DNA of 64,000 bases from Devosia sp. Lineage in GTDB: Bacteria; Pseudomonadota; Alphaproteobacteria; Rhizobiales; Devosiaceae. The translations under genes and the position numbers were made by a program. Positions 19,142-29,342 of this stretch are shown here, in pieces. Location of the stretch: positions 22,205-86,204 of the forward strand of contig NZ_JAGIAW010000011.1 in NCBI RefSeq assembly GCF_017744655.1, read 5' to 3'. Each line of letters starts with the position of its first letter. Positions within the stretch are counted from its first letter, which is position 1. A model generated the notes under the pieces. That model worked only from the letters and a program-made list of their open reading frames with translations. It had not been told where the DNA came from and searched no databases.

Positions 19142-22100
19142 CTATTCGAGCCGCACCAGCAGGTCCTTGGCATCGATCTGGTCACCCGGACGAATAAGCA
19201 GTTCCGCCACCACGCCATCAACTTCGGCATGGATCGCCGTTTCCATCTTCATAGCTTCGATCGAGCAGAGCACGTCGCCGACCTCGACCTTCTGGCCTTC
19301 TTTGACGGCGAGGGTCGAGATGACGCCCGGCATGGGCGCGCCGACCTGCTTGGGATCGCCCGCGACGGCCTTGGCGCGGACCTTGACCTCACCGGCCTTC
19401 AACCGGTCTGGCACCACAATGGTACGCGGCTGACCGTTGAGGTCGAAGAAGACACGAACCTCGCCCTTTTCGTTGGTCGGAGCACGGCCGAGATAATTGA
19501 CGACCAGCGTCTTGCCTTTCTCGATATCGACAAGCAACTCGTCGCCTTCTTCGAGACCATAGAAATAGACCGGCGTCGGCAGGGCTTCAGTCGGACCATA
19601 ACGATCCTGGGTCTTTTCGAAATCCGAATAGACTTTTGGGTACATCAGGTACGAGGCAAGCCGGAAGTCGTCGACGGGCAAGCCGACTTCATCCGAAATC
19701 TTCTTGCGCTCGGCTTCAAGGTCCACATCCCTAAGATAGGAGCCAGGACGCTCGGTGAGCGGCGTGCGGCCCTTAAGCACCTTCTTCTGCAGCGCCTGCG
19801 GGAAACCACCGGGAGGCTGGCCGAGATCACCGGCAAAGAAGCCGACGACGGAATCGGGGAAGGCGATGTCCTTGTCCGCATTCTCAACATCGGCGCGGGT
19901 AATTCCGGCCGAAACCATGGCCAGCGCCATATCGCCGACGACCTTGGACGACGGCGTCACCTTGACGATATCGCCGAACATCTTGTTCACGTCGGCATAG
20001 GTCTGGGCGACCTCGTGCCAGCGGGTTTCAAGGCCGAGCGAACGGGCCTGTTCCTTGAGATTGGTGAACTGGCCGCCCGGCATTTCGTGCAGATAAACTT
20101 CCGAAGCACCGCCCTTGAGATCGCTCTCGAAGGCGCGGTACTGGGTGCGCACGGCCTCCCAATAGAACGAAATCTGGCGGATCGCCTTGGAGTCGAGCTG
20201 CGGATCGCGTTCCGAACCATCAAGCGCGGCAACCAGTGAACCCAGGGTCGGCTGCGACGTGGTCGAGGACAGTGCATCCATCGCCGCATCGACGGCATCC
20301 ACCCCAGCTTCCACCGCCGCCAGCACCGTCGCCGCCGAAGCGCCCGAGGTATCATGGGTGTGGAGGTGGATCGGCAGGTCGGTCTCGTTGCGCAGTGTCG
20401 AGATCAACTTGCGAGCCGCGGCGGGCTTGAGCAGACCCGCCATGTCCTTGATGCCGAGAACATGGACGCCAGCGGCCTCCAGTTCCTTCGCCAGACCAAC
20501 ATAGTACTTCAGGTCATACTTGGAGCGGTCGGGATCAAAGAGGTCACCGGTATAGCAGATGGCGCCTTCTGCCACCTTACCCTCGGTCGCGACGGCATCG
20601 ATCGAAACGCGCATGTTTTCGACCCAGTTTAGGCAATCGAAGATGCGGAAGATATCAACGCCACCCTTGGCCGCCTGCTTGACGAAGAATTTTACGACAT
20701 TGTCGGGATAGTTCGTGTAGCCGACGCCATTGGAGCCGCGCAGCAGCATTTGCGTGAGAATGTTCGGCGCGCCTTCGCGCACTTTGGCGAGGCGCTCCCA
20801 CGGGTCCTCATTGAGGAAGCGCATGGAGACGTCAAAGGTCGCGCCGCCCCAGCATTCGAGCGAAAAGAGGTTCGGCAGCCCGCGAGAATAGGCCTGAGCA
20901 ATCCGGGTTATATCGAACGAGCGCATGCGCGTCGCGAGCAGCGACTGGTGCGCATCGCGCATTGTCGTATCGGTAAAGAGCACGCGGCCCTGACGCTTCA
21001 TCCACTTGGCAAGGCCCACCGGACCATCGCGATCCAGAACCTGCCGGCTGCCTTCCACCACGATCAGCGGATCGAATTCCGGCACGAAGGGCGCAGCAGC
21101 ATCGGCTGGCGGCCGCGGACGGTCGCGCACTTCCGGATGCCCGTTCACGGTCACATCAGCGATATAGCTCAGGAGCTTGGTCGCACGATCGCGGCGCGGC
21201 TTGAAGTTGAACAGTTCCGGCGTCGTATCGATGAAGCGCGTCGTATAGCGGTTTTCAACAAAGTCCGGATGCGTGATGATGTTTTCGAGGAAAGCGAGAT
21301 TGGTCGCCACGCCACGAATACGGAACTCGCGCAAAGCGCGGTGCATGCGCGAAATGGCCTCTTCGGCGCTCGGCGCCCAGCAGGTCACCTTTTCGAGCAG
21401 CGGATCGTAGTACCGGGTGATCACCGCGCCAGAATAGGCCGTGCCACCATCGAGACGCACGCCAAAGCCCGTGGCGCCGCGGTAGGCAGTAATGCGGCCA
21501 TAGTCCGGAATGAAGTTCTGTTCCGGATCTTCCGTCGTCACGCGGCACTGAATGGCATTGCCATTGAGCCGGATGTTTTCTTGGCTTGGGACGCCCGATT
21601 CCGGCGTACCGATCACAGCGCCATCGAGCAGGTGAATCTGCGCCTTGACGATATCGATGCCCGTCACTTCTTCGGTGACGGTATGCTCCACCTGAATGCG
21701 CGGGTTCACTTCGATGAAGTAGAACTTGTCGGTATCGGCATCCATCAGGAATTCGACCGTACCAGCGCCACGATAGTTCGCGGCATTGCCGAGGCGCACG
21801 GCAGCGTCGGTCAGGTCCTTGCGGACGGCATCAGAGAGATAGGGCGCGGGCGCGCGCTCGACCACCTTCTGGTTGCGGCGCTGTACCGAGCAGTCGCGCT
21901 CGTAAAGGTGTACGAGATTGCCGTGATCGTCGCCAATGAGCTGCACTTCGACGTGGCGGGCGCGCTCAATCAGCTTTTCGAGATACATCTCGTCCTTGCC
22001 GAAAGCCGCCTTAGCCTCGCGCTTGCCTTCCGAAACTTCCGAAAGCAGCGTCTTTTCATCCATGATGCGGCGCATGCCGCGACCGCCGCCGCCCCACGAT

Positions 22101-22582
22101 GCCTTGAGCATCAACGGATAGCCGATCTCGGCCGCGAGTTTTTTGATCACTTCTGGATCGTCGGGCAGCGCTTCAGTCGCGGGCACCACCGGGACTTTCG
22201 AGGCGATCGCCATATTGCGCGCGGCAACCTTGTTGCCGAGATCGCGCATGGTCTGGGCGCGCGGACCGATGAAGATGATGCCGGCATCGTCGCACGCATC
22301 GACGAATTCCGGGCTTTCCGACAAGAGGCCATAGCCGGGGTGGATCGCATCGGCGCCGGAGATACGGGCGATGCGGATATATTCTTCGATTTGAAGATAG
22401 GCTTCGACCGGGCCCTTGCCCTTGCCAATCAGATAGGCCTCGTCGGCCTTGAAGCGATGCAGCGCCAGTTTGTCTTCTTCGGCATAGACCGCGACGGTCT
22501 TGAGCCCGAGTTCGTTGGCGGCGCGAAACACGCGGATGGCGATTTCGCTGCGGTTGGCGACGAGGATTTTCTTGATTGGCAT
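19142..22582 (-). CDS. pyc: Pyruvate carboxylase
   Basis: MPIKKILVANRSEIAIRVFRAANELG (biotin carboxylase), a carboxyltransferase TIM-barrel region (FSLECWGGATFD) and a C-terminal biotinyl motif EAMKME. ATG 22582 chosen; the ORF extension to 22672 is not conserved-looking. Confidence 0.95.
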   Translation of the reverse strand: MPIKKILVANRSEIAIRVFRAANELGLKTVAVYAEEDKLALHRFKADEAYLIGKGKGPVEAYLQIEEYIRIARISGADAIHPGYGLLSESPEFVDACDDAGIIFIGPRAQTMRDLGNKVAARNMAIASKVPVVPATEALPDDPEVIKKLAAEIGYPLMLKASWGGGGRGMRRIMDEKTLLSEVSEGKREAKAAFGKDEMYLEKLIERARHVEVQLIGDDHGNLVHLYERDCSVQRRNQKVVERAPAPYLSDAVRKDLTDAAVRLGNAANYRGAGTVEFLMDADTDKFYFIEVNPRIQVEHTVTEEVTGIDIVKAQIHLLDGAVIGTPESGVPSQENIRLNGNAIQCRVTTEDPEQNFIPDYGRITAYRGATGFGVRLDGGTAYSGAVITRYYDPLLEKVTCWAPSAEEAISRMHRALREFRIRGVATNLAFLENIITHPDFVENRYTTRFIDTTPELFNFKPRRDRATKLLSYIADVTVNGHPEVRDRPRPPADAAAPFVPEFDPLIVVEGSRQVLDRDGPVGLAKWMKRQGRVLFTDTTMRDAHQSLLATRMRSFDITRIAQAYSRGLPNLFSLECWGGATFDVSMRFLNEDPWERLAKVREGAPNILTQMLLRGSNGVGYTNYPDNVVKFFVKQAAKGGVDIFRIFDCLNWVENMRVSIDAVATEGKVAEGAICYTGDLFDPDRSKYDLKYYVGLAKELEAAGVHVLGIKDMAGLLKPAAARKLISTLRNETDLPIHLHTHDTSGASAATVLAAVEAGVDAVDAAMDALSSTTSQPTLGSLVAALDGSERDPQLDSKAIRQISFYWEAVRTQYRAFESDLKGGASEVYLHEMPGGQFTNLKEQARSLGLETRWHEVAQTYADVNKMFGDIVKVTPSSKVVGDMALAMVSAGITRADVENADKDIAFPDSVVGFFAGDLGQPPGGFPQALQKKVLKGRTPLTERPGSYLRDVDLEAERKKISDEVGLPVDDFRLASYLMYPKVYSDFEKTQDRYGPTEALPTPVYFYGLEEGDELLVDIEKGKTLVVNYLGRAPTNEKGEVRVFFDLNGQPRTIVVPDRLKAGEVKVRAKAVAGDPKQVGAPMPGVISTLAVKEGQKVEVGDVLCSIEAMKMETAIHAEVDGVVAELLIRPGDQIDAKDLLVRLE

Positions 22583-22690
22583 CGATTTAAATTCCGAGCA
22601 GGAGAGGTTGAGGACCCGTGCACCCGGGTCCGGCTCAGCTTGTGTCGGTAGAATGGATGGCGGGCCATCCACGCCGCCAAATTGGTTATA

Positions 22691-23101
22691 TCAGCTTCTC
22701 GAAAGAATGCCGGCCAGATGGCTCATGTCGTAGCCGGCTTCCGCCGCCTGCGAGATGATTTCCGACGCATCCATCTCGCCGGCCTGGCTCAACGCCCAAA
22801 GGGTCGTCGAACGCGTACCCGAACGGCAGAAGCAGAATACAGGGCCGTCGCTCCCCTCGATGACGGCCTTGGTCTTCTCGACGAGGTCGGCATTGACGCC
22901 TTCTCGTCCCAGCGGGATCGCATGATAGGCTAGACCAGCCGCCTTGGCGGCAGCCTCGATTTCCTCACCCGCCGGCTGGTCGGGTGATTCACCGTCGGGA
23001 CGGTTGTTGACGATGGCAACGAAACCCAGGGATTTGAGCGTGGCGACATCTTCCGGGCTGATCTGCCCAGAAACGCTGACGTGGTCGTTGATCCGCTTCA
23101 A
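22691..23101 (-). CDS. TIGR01244/DUF442-type phosphatase-fold (sulfur-transferase-like) protein
   Basis: ..VSVSGQISPEDVATLKSLGFVAIVNNRPDGE..GPVFCFCRSGTRST.. shows a CX5R-type loop. The proposed TTG start at 23101 is uncertain. Confidence 0.55.
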   Translation of the reverse strand: MKRINDHVSVSGQISPEDVATLKSLGFVAIVNNRPDGESPDQPAGEEIEAAAKAAGLAYHAIPLGREGVNADLVEKTKAVIEGSDGPVFCFCRSGTRSTTLWALSQAGEMDASEIISQAAEAGYDMSHLAGILSRS

Positions 23102-23211
23102 GTCCAAGTCGCTACTCCCCAAATCCGCCCATTGGCTTCCCGCCCCCCTTATATCCACCGGGCGGCAAGCCATGCAACTGTCGGTTAGTCGAAGAGTACT
23201 GATAGTTACGC

Positions 23212-24816
23212 TCAGGCCGCGTCGGCGACCGCCAGACGCTTGAGCGGCGCCGGCCGGCCAAGCAGATAGCCCTGAAAGGCGCTGCAACCGGCGCGACGCA
23301 GCATATCGAGCTGTGCTTCGGTCTCGACGCCCTCGGCGATCACATCGACTTTCAGCGAGCGGGCAATATCGCAGATGGCGCCGACGATCATGGCATCGAT
23401 CCGGTTGTCGCCCAGATTGGCGATATAGGTGCGGTCGATCTTGATGATATCGAAGGCAAAGCCGCGCAGATATTGCAGGCTCGCATGTCCCGCCCCGAAA
23501 TCGTCGATGGCAACTTTTAGCCCAAAGGCCCTGATAGCATCGAGATTGGCCTGTTCTACGGCACCCGCCACCATGGGCACTGTCTCGGTGACCTCGACAA
23601 TCAGCATGCCCGGGTCGACGCCCATTTCCTCGACCACAAGGCCCAATTGCCGCGCAAAATCAGAGCGGCGCAACTGGGCGGGCGAGACATTGACGGCAAC
23701 CGGGGTTCGCAAGGTTTCGAGATCGGCACAGGCCCGTCGCAAAACCCATTCGCCGAGCTTGTCGATCAGGTCGCTTTCCTCGGCAATGGCGATGAACTGG
23801 GCCGGCGGAATCATGCCGCGCACCGTGTGCTTCCAGCGGAGGAGTGCTTCATGCGAGCGCACGCGCATGTCGGCACCAAAGACCGGCTGGTAATGCAGTT
23901 CAAGTTCATCCATCAGCAGCGCTGCGCGCAATTCGCGCTCGATGAAGCGGCGATGACGCTCGTCGCCCAGCATGTCGGGATCGAAGGCCACGACCTGCCG
24001 CCGCCCCGCCTTTTTACCCTTGTAGAGCGCCAGATCCGCCTTGGCGATGAGATCGTCGACATCGGTGGCATCGGCCGGGGCCAGGGCTAGGCCGATGGTC
24101 GCCGAAAGCCGAGTCGGACGACCGGCGACATTGACCGGCTGATCGAGCCGGCGCAGCAATTCTTCGCCGAGCCGCCGCAACGCGCCGCGATTGTCGCAAC
24201 CGGGAATGGCAATGCCGAATTCGTCGCCGCCGAGGCGGCCGACAACGGCGCCGGGCATGACGATGCCGATGGTTTTGGCGAGGTGCGTCAGGGCAGCATC
24301 GCCGGCCGCATGCCCCGCCCCGTCATTGAGCACCTTGAGATTGTCCATATCGAGCAGCAGATAGCCCAGCGACTTGTCCGAGCCGTGGTGCACATCGTTG
24401 CGCAGCGCTTCCATGAAATAGGAGCGCGTGAAAACCCCGGTCAACGCATCGCGATGCACCGAGGCCATGACGGCTCGCGTGGTCCGCGCCGAGCGCAGGA
24501 GGTCGCGGCGGATCGTGCGATGACCCGCAATCAGCCCAACTAGCCCCAAAGCCGATAGCGATGCGACAACGAGGATCATGGAAGGATCGAGCCGGTCCGC
24601 GACGCGGCTGACGAGCAGCAGCGCGGTCGCGACCGCAGCCAGAAAACTGAGGGCAACGAGAATGGCAATGGAGCGATAATTCGACAGGATGAGCCCGAAG
24701 CGGTCGACCTGGCGAATATCTCGGTCGCCGGCGCTGCTTCTGCGCAATGCACGGCCCGGTCGGGAAAGACCACGAGCAAGCATCGCTCGGCTCCGCTCTC
24801 TTAACGAAAGATTCAT
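23212..24816 (-). CDS. Membrane-anchored GGDEF-EAL protein (c-di-GMP turnover)
   Basis: Two N-terminal TM segments, GGDEF motif (RLGGDEFGIAI), and EAL (HEALLRW) with DDFGAGHASL. Confidence 0.9.
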   Translation of the reverse strand: MNLSLRERSRAMLARGLSRPGRALRRSSAGDRDIRQVDRFGLILSNYRSIAILVALSFLAAVATALLLVSRVADRLDPSMILVVASLSALGLVGLIAGHRTIRRDLLRSARTTRAVMASVHRDALTGVFTRSYFMEALRNDVHHGSDKSLGYLLLDMDNLKVLNDGAGHAAGDAALTHLAKTIGIVMPGAVVGRLGGDEFGIAIPGCDNRGALRRLGEELLRRLDQPVNVAGRPTRLSATIGLALAPADATDVDDLIAKADLALYKGKKAGRRQVVAFDPDMLGDERHRRFIERELRAALLMDELELHYQPVFGADMRVRSHEALLRWKHTVRGMIPPAQFIAIAEESDLIDKLGEWVLRRACADLETLRTPVAVNVSPAQLRRSDFARQLGLVVEEMGVDPGMLIVEVTETVPMVAGAVEQANLDAIRAFGLKVAIDDFGAGHASLQYLRGFAFDIIKIDRTYIANLGDNRIDAMIVGAICDIARSLKVDVIAEGVETEAQLDMLRRAGCSAFQGYLLGRPAPLKRLAVADAA

Positions 24817-24939
24817 AAACAGTTCAGGGGCTTAAAGGCGCATATGGCAGCACATTACGTCACCGGGCAGCGCCCCGGATGACGGTTCGATGACAAATCC
24901 TCGAAGCCCAAATTTATGGTATATGGCGCGTAAAGCCGC

Positions 24940-26007
24940 TCAGGGGGGCGCGCCGAGCCAGGTGCCCCAGAGATCGCGGCGCGTGGCGACAAAGCGCTCC
25001 GCTATTCCCTCGGCCGTCGCGCCGGGCTCGTTGAGCTGGCCAAGCAACGTATTCATTTCCGCGATCGGCATTGTCGCCCGCTGGAAATAGGATGCGACGG
25101 TTGGGGCTTCGGTAAAAACCCACTCCGCCAATGCGGTGACGACCGTTTCGGCTGGAAAGGAAGAAGGCTTGGGCGCCGCGCATTCAAGCCGCGCCAGGCA
25201 TTTCATCGCCTCGTCGTCATAGGCACCCATGTCGAGAGCCCGGAAATCGAGCTGTGCCAGAACCGCATTGGGCTGCCAATAATAGAGGACAAAATTCTCG
25301 CGCCGACTTACCGCTTCGGCAATCAGTGCATCCATTTCGAAGCGGTTGGCCGGCTCGACCAATTGCACGAGATTGGTCAGGCCATAGGCGGCGATGAGAT
25401 TGCGATTGATGACCGAACAGGCCCAGTCCGCGGGACAGGAAATGAAGCGGACGGGGCTTTCACTTGTCTCGGTCGAGAGCAGCGACTGCAGGGCTGCCGC
25501 GCTTGGCGGTCCGCCAAAGGCGCCCTCCATATAGGCCGGCACGAACCAGCCCTCCATCGTCGCTTCGGCATAGCTCGGCGCGACACTGCGCACCATCTGG
25601 GTTTCGATGGTACCGTTCCACACGGCAGCGATCCGGGTCACCCACATTTCCGGCGCCACGGCCGGCTGCCCCGTAGACCCCATGGAAGATGCGGTTGCAG
25701 CGAGGTCGCCGGGCACGACGCGCGCATCACAGGCGAATTCGGCATTGAGGATCCGGGTATGGATTTCTGCAAGCAGTTCCGCTGACGGCCAACTCATGCG
25801 CGCAATGGTCATGGGCTGGTTGCCGCAGGGCGGTGGCGGGGTCGCGGGCGTTTCGACGACTTCGCCCGTGGGCTCGGCCGGTGCGGCGCCTTGCGGTTGA
25901 TCCTGGGCACTATCGAGCACAGTGATCTGCGCCAGGGCCGGACCGGCCAAAAGGGCCAGCATCAAGCCAGCAAAGACAGGGTGCCGAAATCGCATGCGCA
26001 TCCTCAT
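24940..26007 (-). CDS. Periplasmic substrate-binding protein, glycine-betaine/OpuAC-like
   Basis: Signal peptide FAGLMLALLAGPALAQ. The mature part (IARMSWPSAELLAEIH.., MWVTRI.., EGWFVPAY) resembles ProX/OpuAC-type binding proteins. Three in-frame ATGs lie at the start (26007/26001/25995). Confidence 0.55.
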   Translation of the reverse strand: MRMRMRFRHPVFAGLMLALLAGPALAQITVLDSAQDQPQGAAPAEPTGEVVETPATPPPPCGNQPMTIARMSWPSAELLAEIHTRILNAEFACDARVVPGDLAATASSMGSTGQPAVAPEMWVTRIAAVWNGTIETQMVRSVAPSYAEATMEGWFVPAYMEGAFGGPPSAAALQSLLSTETSESPVRFISCPADWACSVINRNLIAAYGLTNLVQLVEPANRFEMDALIAEAVSRRENFVLYYWQPNAVLAQLDFRALDMGAYDDEAMKCLARLECAAPKPSSFPAETVVTALAEWVFTEAPTVASYFQRATMPIAEMNTLLGQLNEPGATAEGIAERFVATRRDLWGTWLGAPP

Positions 26008-26216
26008 TCCACCGGTGCCAGTCTATGCGCAATCGCCTTGCCTTAAGCAACCGCGAGCGTTCACCATTTTGCCCAAGACCCCCGGTGACTCCCCACACGA
26101 AAATGTGCAACAGTCGCGCCAGCGGGGCGCGTGAGGCGCCCCCGATATTCGTTGTGTCGCTGCAAGGAGGAGGCTGGCAAGGCCGCCCGGCACACAACGG
26201 CAACAGAGGGACGTCC

Positions 26217-27413
26217 ATGTTCAAAAAAACCCTGACCCTGGCGGTCGCCGCCACTGCTCTGTCCATCGCCGCTCCGGCTTTGGCCCAGGACACCGGCGCC
26301 ACCATCGGCTTTATCGGTGGCTTCACCGGCCCGATTGAATCCCTGACCCCGCCGATCTTTGGCGGCGCTGAACTGGTCGTGAAGCAGATCAACGAGCAGG
26401 GCGGTATTCTGGGCGGCGAGCTCAAGCTCATCTCCGCCGACGGCGCCTGCGATGCAACGGCTGCTGCTGCCGCTGCCGACAAGCTTATCAATACCGACAA
26501 CGTGACCGGCATCGTCGGCGCGCTGTGCACCGGTGAAACCATCGGCGCCTTCAACGGCTCGGGTCTCTCCGGCGGCGTCGTGTTCATCTCGCCGGCCTCT
26601 TCGGCTCCGGCCCTGACCACGCTCGAAGACAATGACCTTGTCTATCGCACCACCCCGTCCGACGCGCTCCAGGGCGTGAAGCTGGCCAATCTGCTGCTCG
26701 CCAAGGGCGTCAACGACATCGCCATCACCTATGTGAACAACGACTACGGCAAGGGCTTTGCTGACGCACTGGCTGCTGCCTACACCGCCGGTGGCGGCAC
26801 CGTTGCTGCCAACCTCGCACACGAAGAAGGCAAGGCCGACTATCGTGCCGAACTCGGCAATCTCGTTGCGTCGCAGAACCTCGTGATCCTCGCCTATGCC
26901 AATGCTTCGGGTAACACCGTGCTGCGTCAGGCTGTGGAATCGGGCAACTTCACCACCTATGTGGGCGGTGACGGCATGGTTGGTGACGACCTGCTCAACG
27001 GTATCGACGCTGCTGCCGTCGAAGGCCTGATCGCGACCCGCGCCGGCGCTCCGACTGGCGAAGCCGTCGACATCTACAACGCCTTCACCGGCGAAAACTT
27101 CACCGCCAACGCCACCTATGCGCCGCAGGCCTATGACGCCGCCTTCCTCCTGGCTCTCGCCATCGAGAAGAACGGTTCGGCCAGCCGCGAAGGTCTCGCC
27201 GCCGCTCTGCGCGACGTTTCCTCCGCTCCGGGCGAAAAGATCCTGCCCGGCGAATGGAGCAAGGCCGTCGAGCTGATCAAGGCCGGCACCGACATCGACT
27301 ATGAAGGCGCCGGTGGCCCGCTCGACTTCGACGCCGCTGGCGACGTGGACGGCATCATCGTCGAACTCGCTGTCGAAGGCGGCAAGTTCGTCGAGAAGGG
27401 CGCGATCCAGTAA
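26217..27413 (+). CDS. Branched-chain amino acid ABC transporter substrate-binding protein (LivJ/K-like)
   Basis: Signal peptide MFKKTLTLAVAATALSIAAPALA followed by IGFIGGFTGPIESL..VKQINEQGGILGG..DGACD, typical of type I Leu/Ile/Val-binding proteins. ATG 26217 chosen. Confidence 0.8.
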   Translation: MFKKTLTLAVAATALSIAAPALAQDTGATIGFIGGFTGPIESLTPPIFGGAELVVKQINEQGGILGGELKLISADGACDATAAAAAADKLINTDNVTGIVGALCTGETIGAFNGSGLSGGVVFISPASSAPALTTLEDNDLVYRTTPSDALQGVKLANLLLAKGVNDIAITYVNNDYGKGFADALAAAYTAGGGTVAANLAHEEGKADYRAELGNLVASQNLVILAYANASGNTVLRQAVESGNFTTYVGGDGMVGDDLLNGIDAAAVEGLIATRAGAPTGEAVDIYNAFTGENFTANATYAPQAYDAAFLLALAIEKNGSASREGLAAALRDVSSAPGEKILPGEWSKAVELIKAGTDIDYEGAGGPLDFDAAGDVDGIIVELAVEGGKFVEKGAIQ

Positions 27414-27449
27414 TTTTGGCGCCACACGGCATCGAATGACAAATTGCGA

Positions 27450-27478
27450 GGCCCGGGAGCAATCCCGGGCCTTTTCTT
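27450..27478 (+). terminator. Rho-independent terminator after the livJ-like gene
   Basis: GGCCCGGGA-gcaa-TCCCGGGCC followed by TTTTCTT. Confidence 0.8.
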
Positions 27479-27489
27479 GGGAGAGGTTG

Positions 27490-28083
27490 ATGGCCGACGA
27501 TCCGACGCTGCGCTTTTATGCCGACAATGCCGCAGTCTATGCCGAGCACGTGACAACGCCGACGGGAAAACACCTCGACGCATTCCTGGCTCTGGTTCCA
27601 ACGGGTGGCAAAATCCTCGAACTCGGCTGCGGCAATGGCAGGGATGCAGCGCATATGCTTTCCCTCGGCTTTGATGTCGATCCCACCGATGGCACGCCGG
27701 AACTGGCGGCAGAGGCAGAAAAGCGCCTGGGCCGACCAGTTCGCATCTTGCGCTTCAAACAATTGGACGCCATTGCCGCCTATGACGGCATCTGGGCCTG
27801 CGCCAGCCTTTTGCACGCGCCGGCTTCCGATCTCGTCGGCATCCTGGGCCGCATCCACCGCGCCCTGCGCCCCGGTGGCGTCTTCACCGCCAGCTTCAAG
27901 GCCGGAACAGGCGAAGGACGCGACGAGCTTGGCCGCTACTACAATTATCCGACATCGGAACGCCTTCGCGCCGATTTCGCAGCCGCCGGCTGGACCGACC
28001 TCACGCTCGAAGCGAATATGGGCAGCGGCTATGACGCAAAACCCACCGAATGGCTCTGGATCACGGCGCGGCGAGCTGCCTAG
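27490..28083 (+). CDS. Class I SAM-dependent methyltransferase
   Basis: ILELGCGNGRDA (motif I), ..YDGIWACASLLH.. and LRPGGVF. ATG 27490 is preceded by GAGAGG. Confidence 0.75.
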   Translation: MADDPTLRFYADNAAVYAEHVTTPTGKHLDAFLALVPTGGKILELGCGNGRDAAHMLSLGFDVDPTDGTPELAAEAEKRLGRPVRILRFKQLDAIAAYDGIWACASLLHAPASDLVGILGRIHRALRPGGVFTASFKAGTGEGRDELGRYYNYPTSERLRADFAAAGWTDLTLEANMGSGYDAKPTEWLWITARRAA

Positions 28084-28086
28084 ACG

Positions 28087-28758
28087 CTATTGCGACAGCG
28101 TCTCGACCGCGATCTGCGGCCCATTTGTGCGCACGGTCACGGACAAATGCTGGGCCTGGACCACATCGAGCACCTTGCTTGGCCGATAGGCGCAGATCGC
28201 GATGCCGCCCGCAAAGCGCAGGCTGTCATAGAGAATACCGTCTTCCCCTGCTGCGCGCTGCCGCTCCCCAAACGCCTGGCTCGCCACATAATCCTGCCGA
28301 TCGTAGAGCTGAGGTTCATCGGCGCCGCGGAGATCGACAAAGGCTCCCTCGAGCCGCGCGACATAGACCCGAAAGCAGCGCGTGGCGCTGGGTTGCCGCC
28401 GCACAAAAGCCTCGCGTCGGAGATGGTGCGCCACCTCGGCAAGACTGGCTTCGATTGTGTCCGCAGCGTACCAGGCGCCAAGGTCCGCGCCCGAAAAACG
28501 CCCGCCGCCCGGCGCCGCATGGAGGAATGCGGCCATGACGATGGATGAATTGGCCCGACCGAACACCCATTCGTCCCGTGGCAAGCGGGCAATGCGTTCA
28601 GCCACCAGCCGGTCATTGGTCCAACCAGCCAGTTCCATCACTGCCTCAAGGTCGGCAGCGCGCGAAACCGTGTCAAAAAGCCCGATGGGCGGGAATTGCG
28701 ACGGGATCAGGCGATAGCTCGGTTGCGGCGCTGGCGCGTGGCGCTTTTCTAGCGCCAC
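28087..28758 (-). CDS. RES domain toxin (NAD+-degrading family)
   Basis: YRLIPSQFPPIGLFD.., GGRFSG..GAWYAADTIEASLAEV.., ..GILYDSLRF.. match the R/E/S signature blocks of RES domain proteins. Overlaps the upstream antitoxin gene by 10 nt. Confidence 0.8.
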   Translation of the reverse strand: MALEKRHAPAPQPSYRLIPSQFPPIGLFDTVSRAADLEAVMELAGWTNDRLVAERIARLPRDEWVFGRANSSIVMAAFLHAAPGGGRFSGADLGAWYAADTIEASLAEVAHHLRREAFVRRQPSATRCFRVYVARLEGAFVDLRGADEPQLYDRQDYVASQAFGERQRAAGEDGILYDSLRFAGGIAICAYRPSKVLDVVQAQHLSVTVRTNGPQIAVETLSQ

Positions 28759-29282
28759 GCGATATCTCCTGCCGTGGTCGGCAGAAAATCGGCATCGAGC
28801 CCATTGGGCGCCATATAGACCCCGCCCCGCGCCGCATCGAGAAAACGCCGCACCTGCAAGATACCGTCAAGCGAACCCGATACGACGAGGCTCAATGGTG
28901 CCTGCCCGCCAAAGAGCGGCGCATCATGCGGCCCCTTGAGCCAGCCCAATTGCGCCTGCGCATCGGCAAAGAGCACGCCCAAGGCCTGGTGCACGCCGAA
29001 TACTGCCGAAAGACGCATCAGCGCATCGACATCGAGCGTGACCTCCCCCTGCTCACGCGCCAGTTTCATCCAGTTCTGATAGGTCGAGCGGCTCGGATAG
29101 CCCAGCACCAGCCGACGCTGTTCTTCGTTGAGCCCCCAGAGATCGGCAATGGCAGCAAAGGTGCGTAGCGCCGGTGCGCTCAGCCGTCGGCGATTGGCAG
29201 GCTCAAAGCGTTCAACGCCGAGAACCTGAGCCTGACCGGCAAATGCAGCCTGCGGTGCCTCACCCAACCCAAATACGGACAT
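28749..29282 (-). CDS. Xre/MbcA/ParS-type antitoxin (DUF2384 toxin-binding domain)
   Basis: ..LWGLNEEQRRLVLGYPSRSTYQNWMK.. (HTH-like) plus a C-terminal WLKGPHDAPLFGGQAPLSLV..G..GILQVRRFLDA typical of DUF2384. AAGGAG lies 7 nt upstream of ATG 29282. Confidence 0.8.
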   Translation of the reverse strand: MSVFGLGEAPQAAFAGQAQVLGVERFEPANRRRLSAPALRTFAAIADLWGLNEEQRRLVLGYPSRSTYQNWMKLAREQGEVTLDVDALMRLSAVFGVHQALGVLFADAQAQLGWLKGPHDAPLFGGQAPLSLVVSGSLDGILQVRRFLDAARGGVYMAPNGLDADFLPTTAGDIAWR

Positions 29283-29342
29283 CTCGATCTCCTTCGAGAT
29301 CAAGATTGTCTATATTTGGACATTTGTCAAGTTTCAGACAAA

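Noticed and set aside
19007-22651. Plus-strand ORFs 19007-20239 and 20750-22651
   Set aside because: They are antisense to pyruvate carboxylase.
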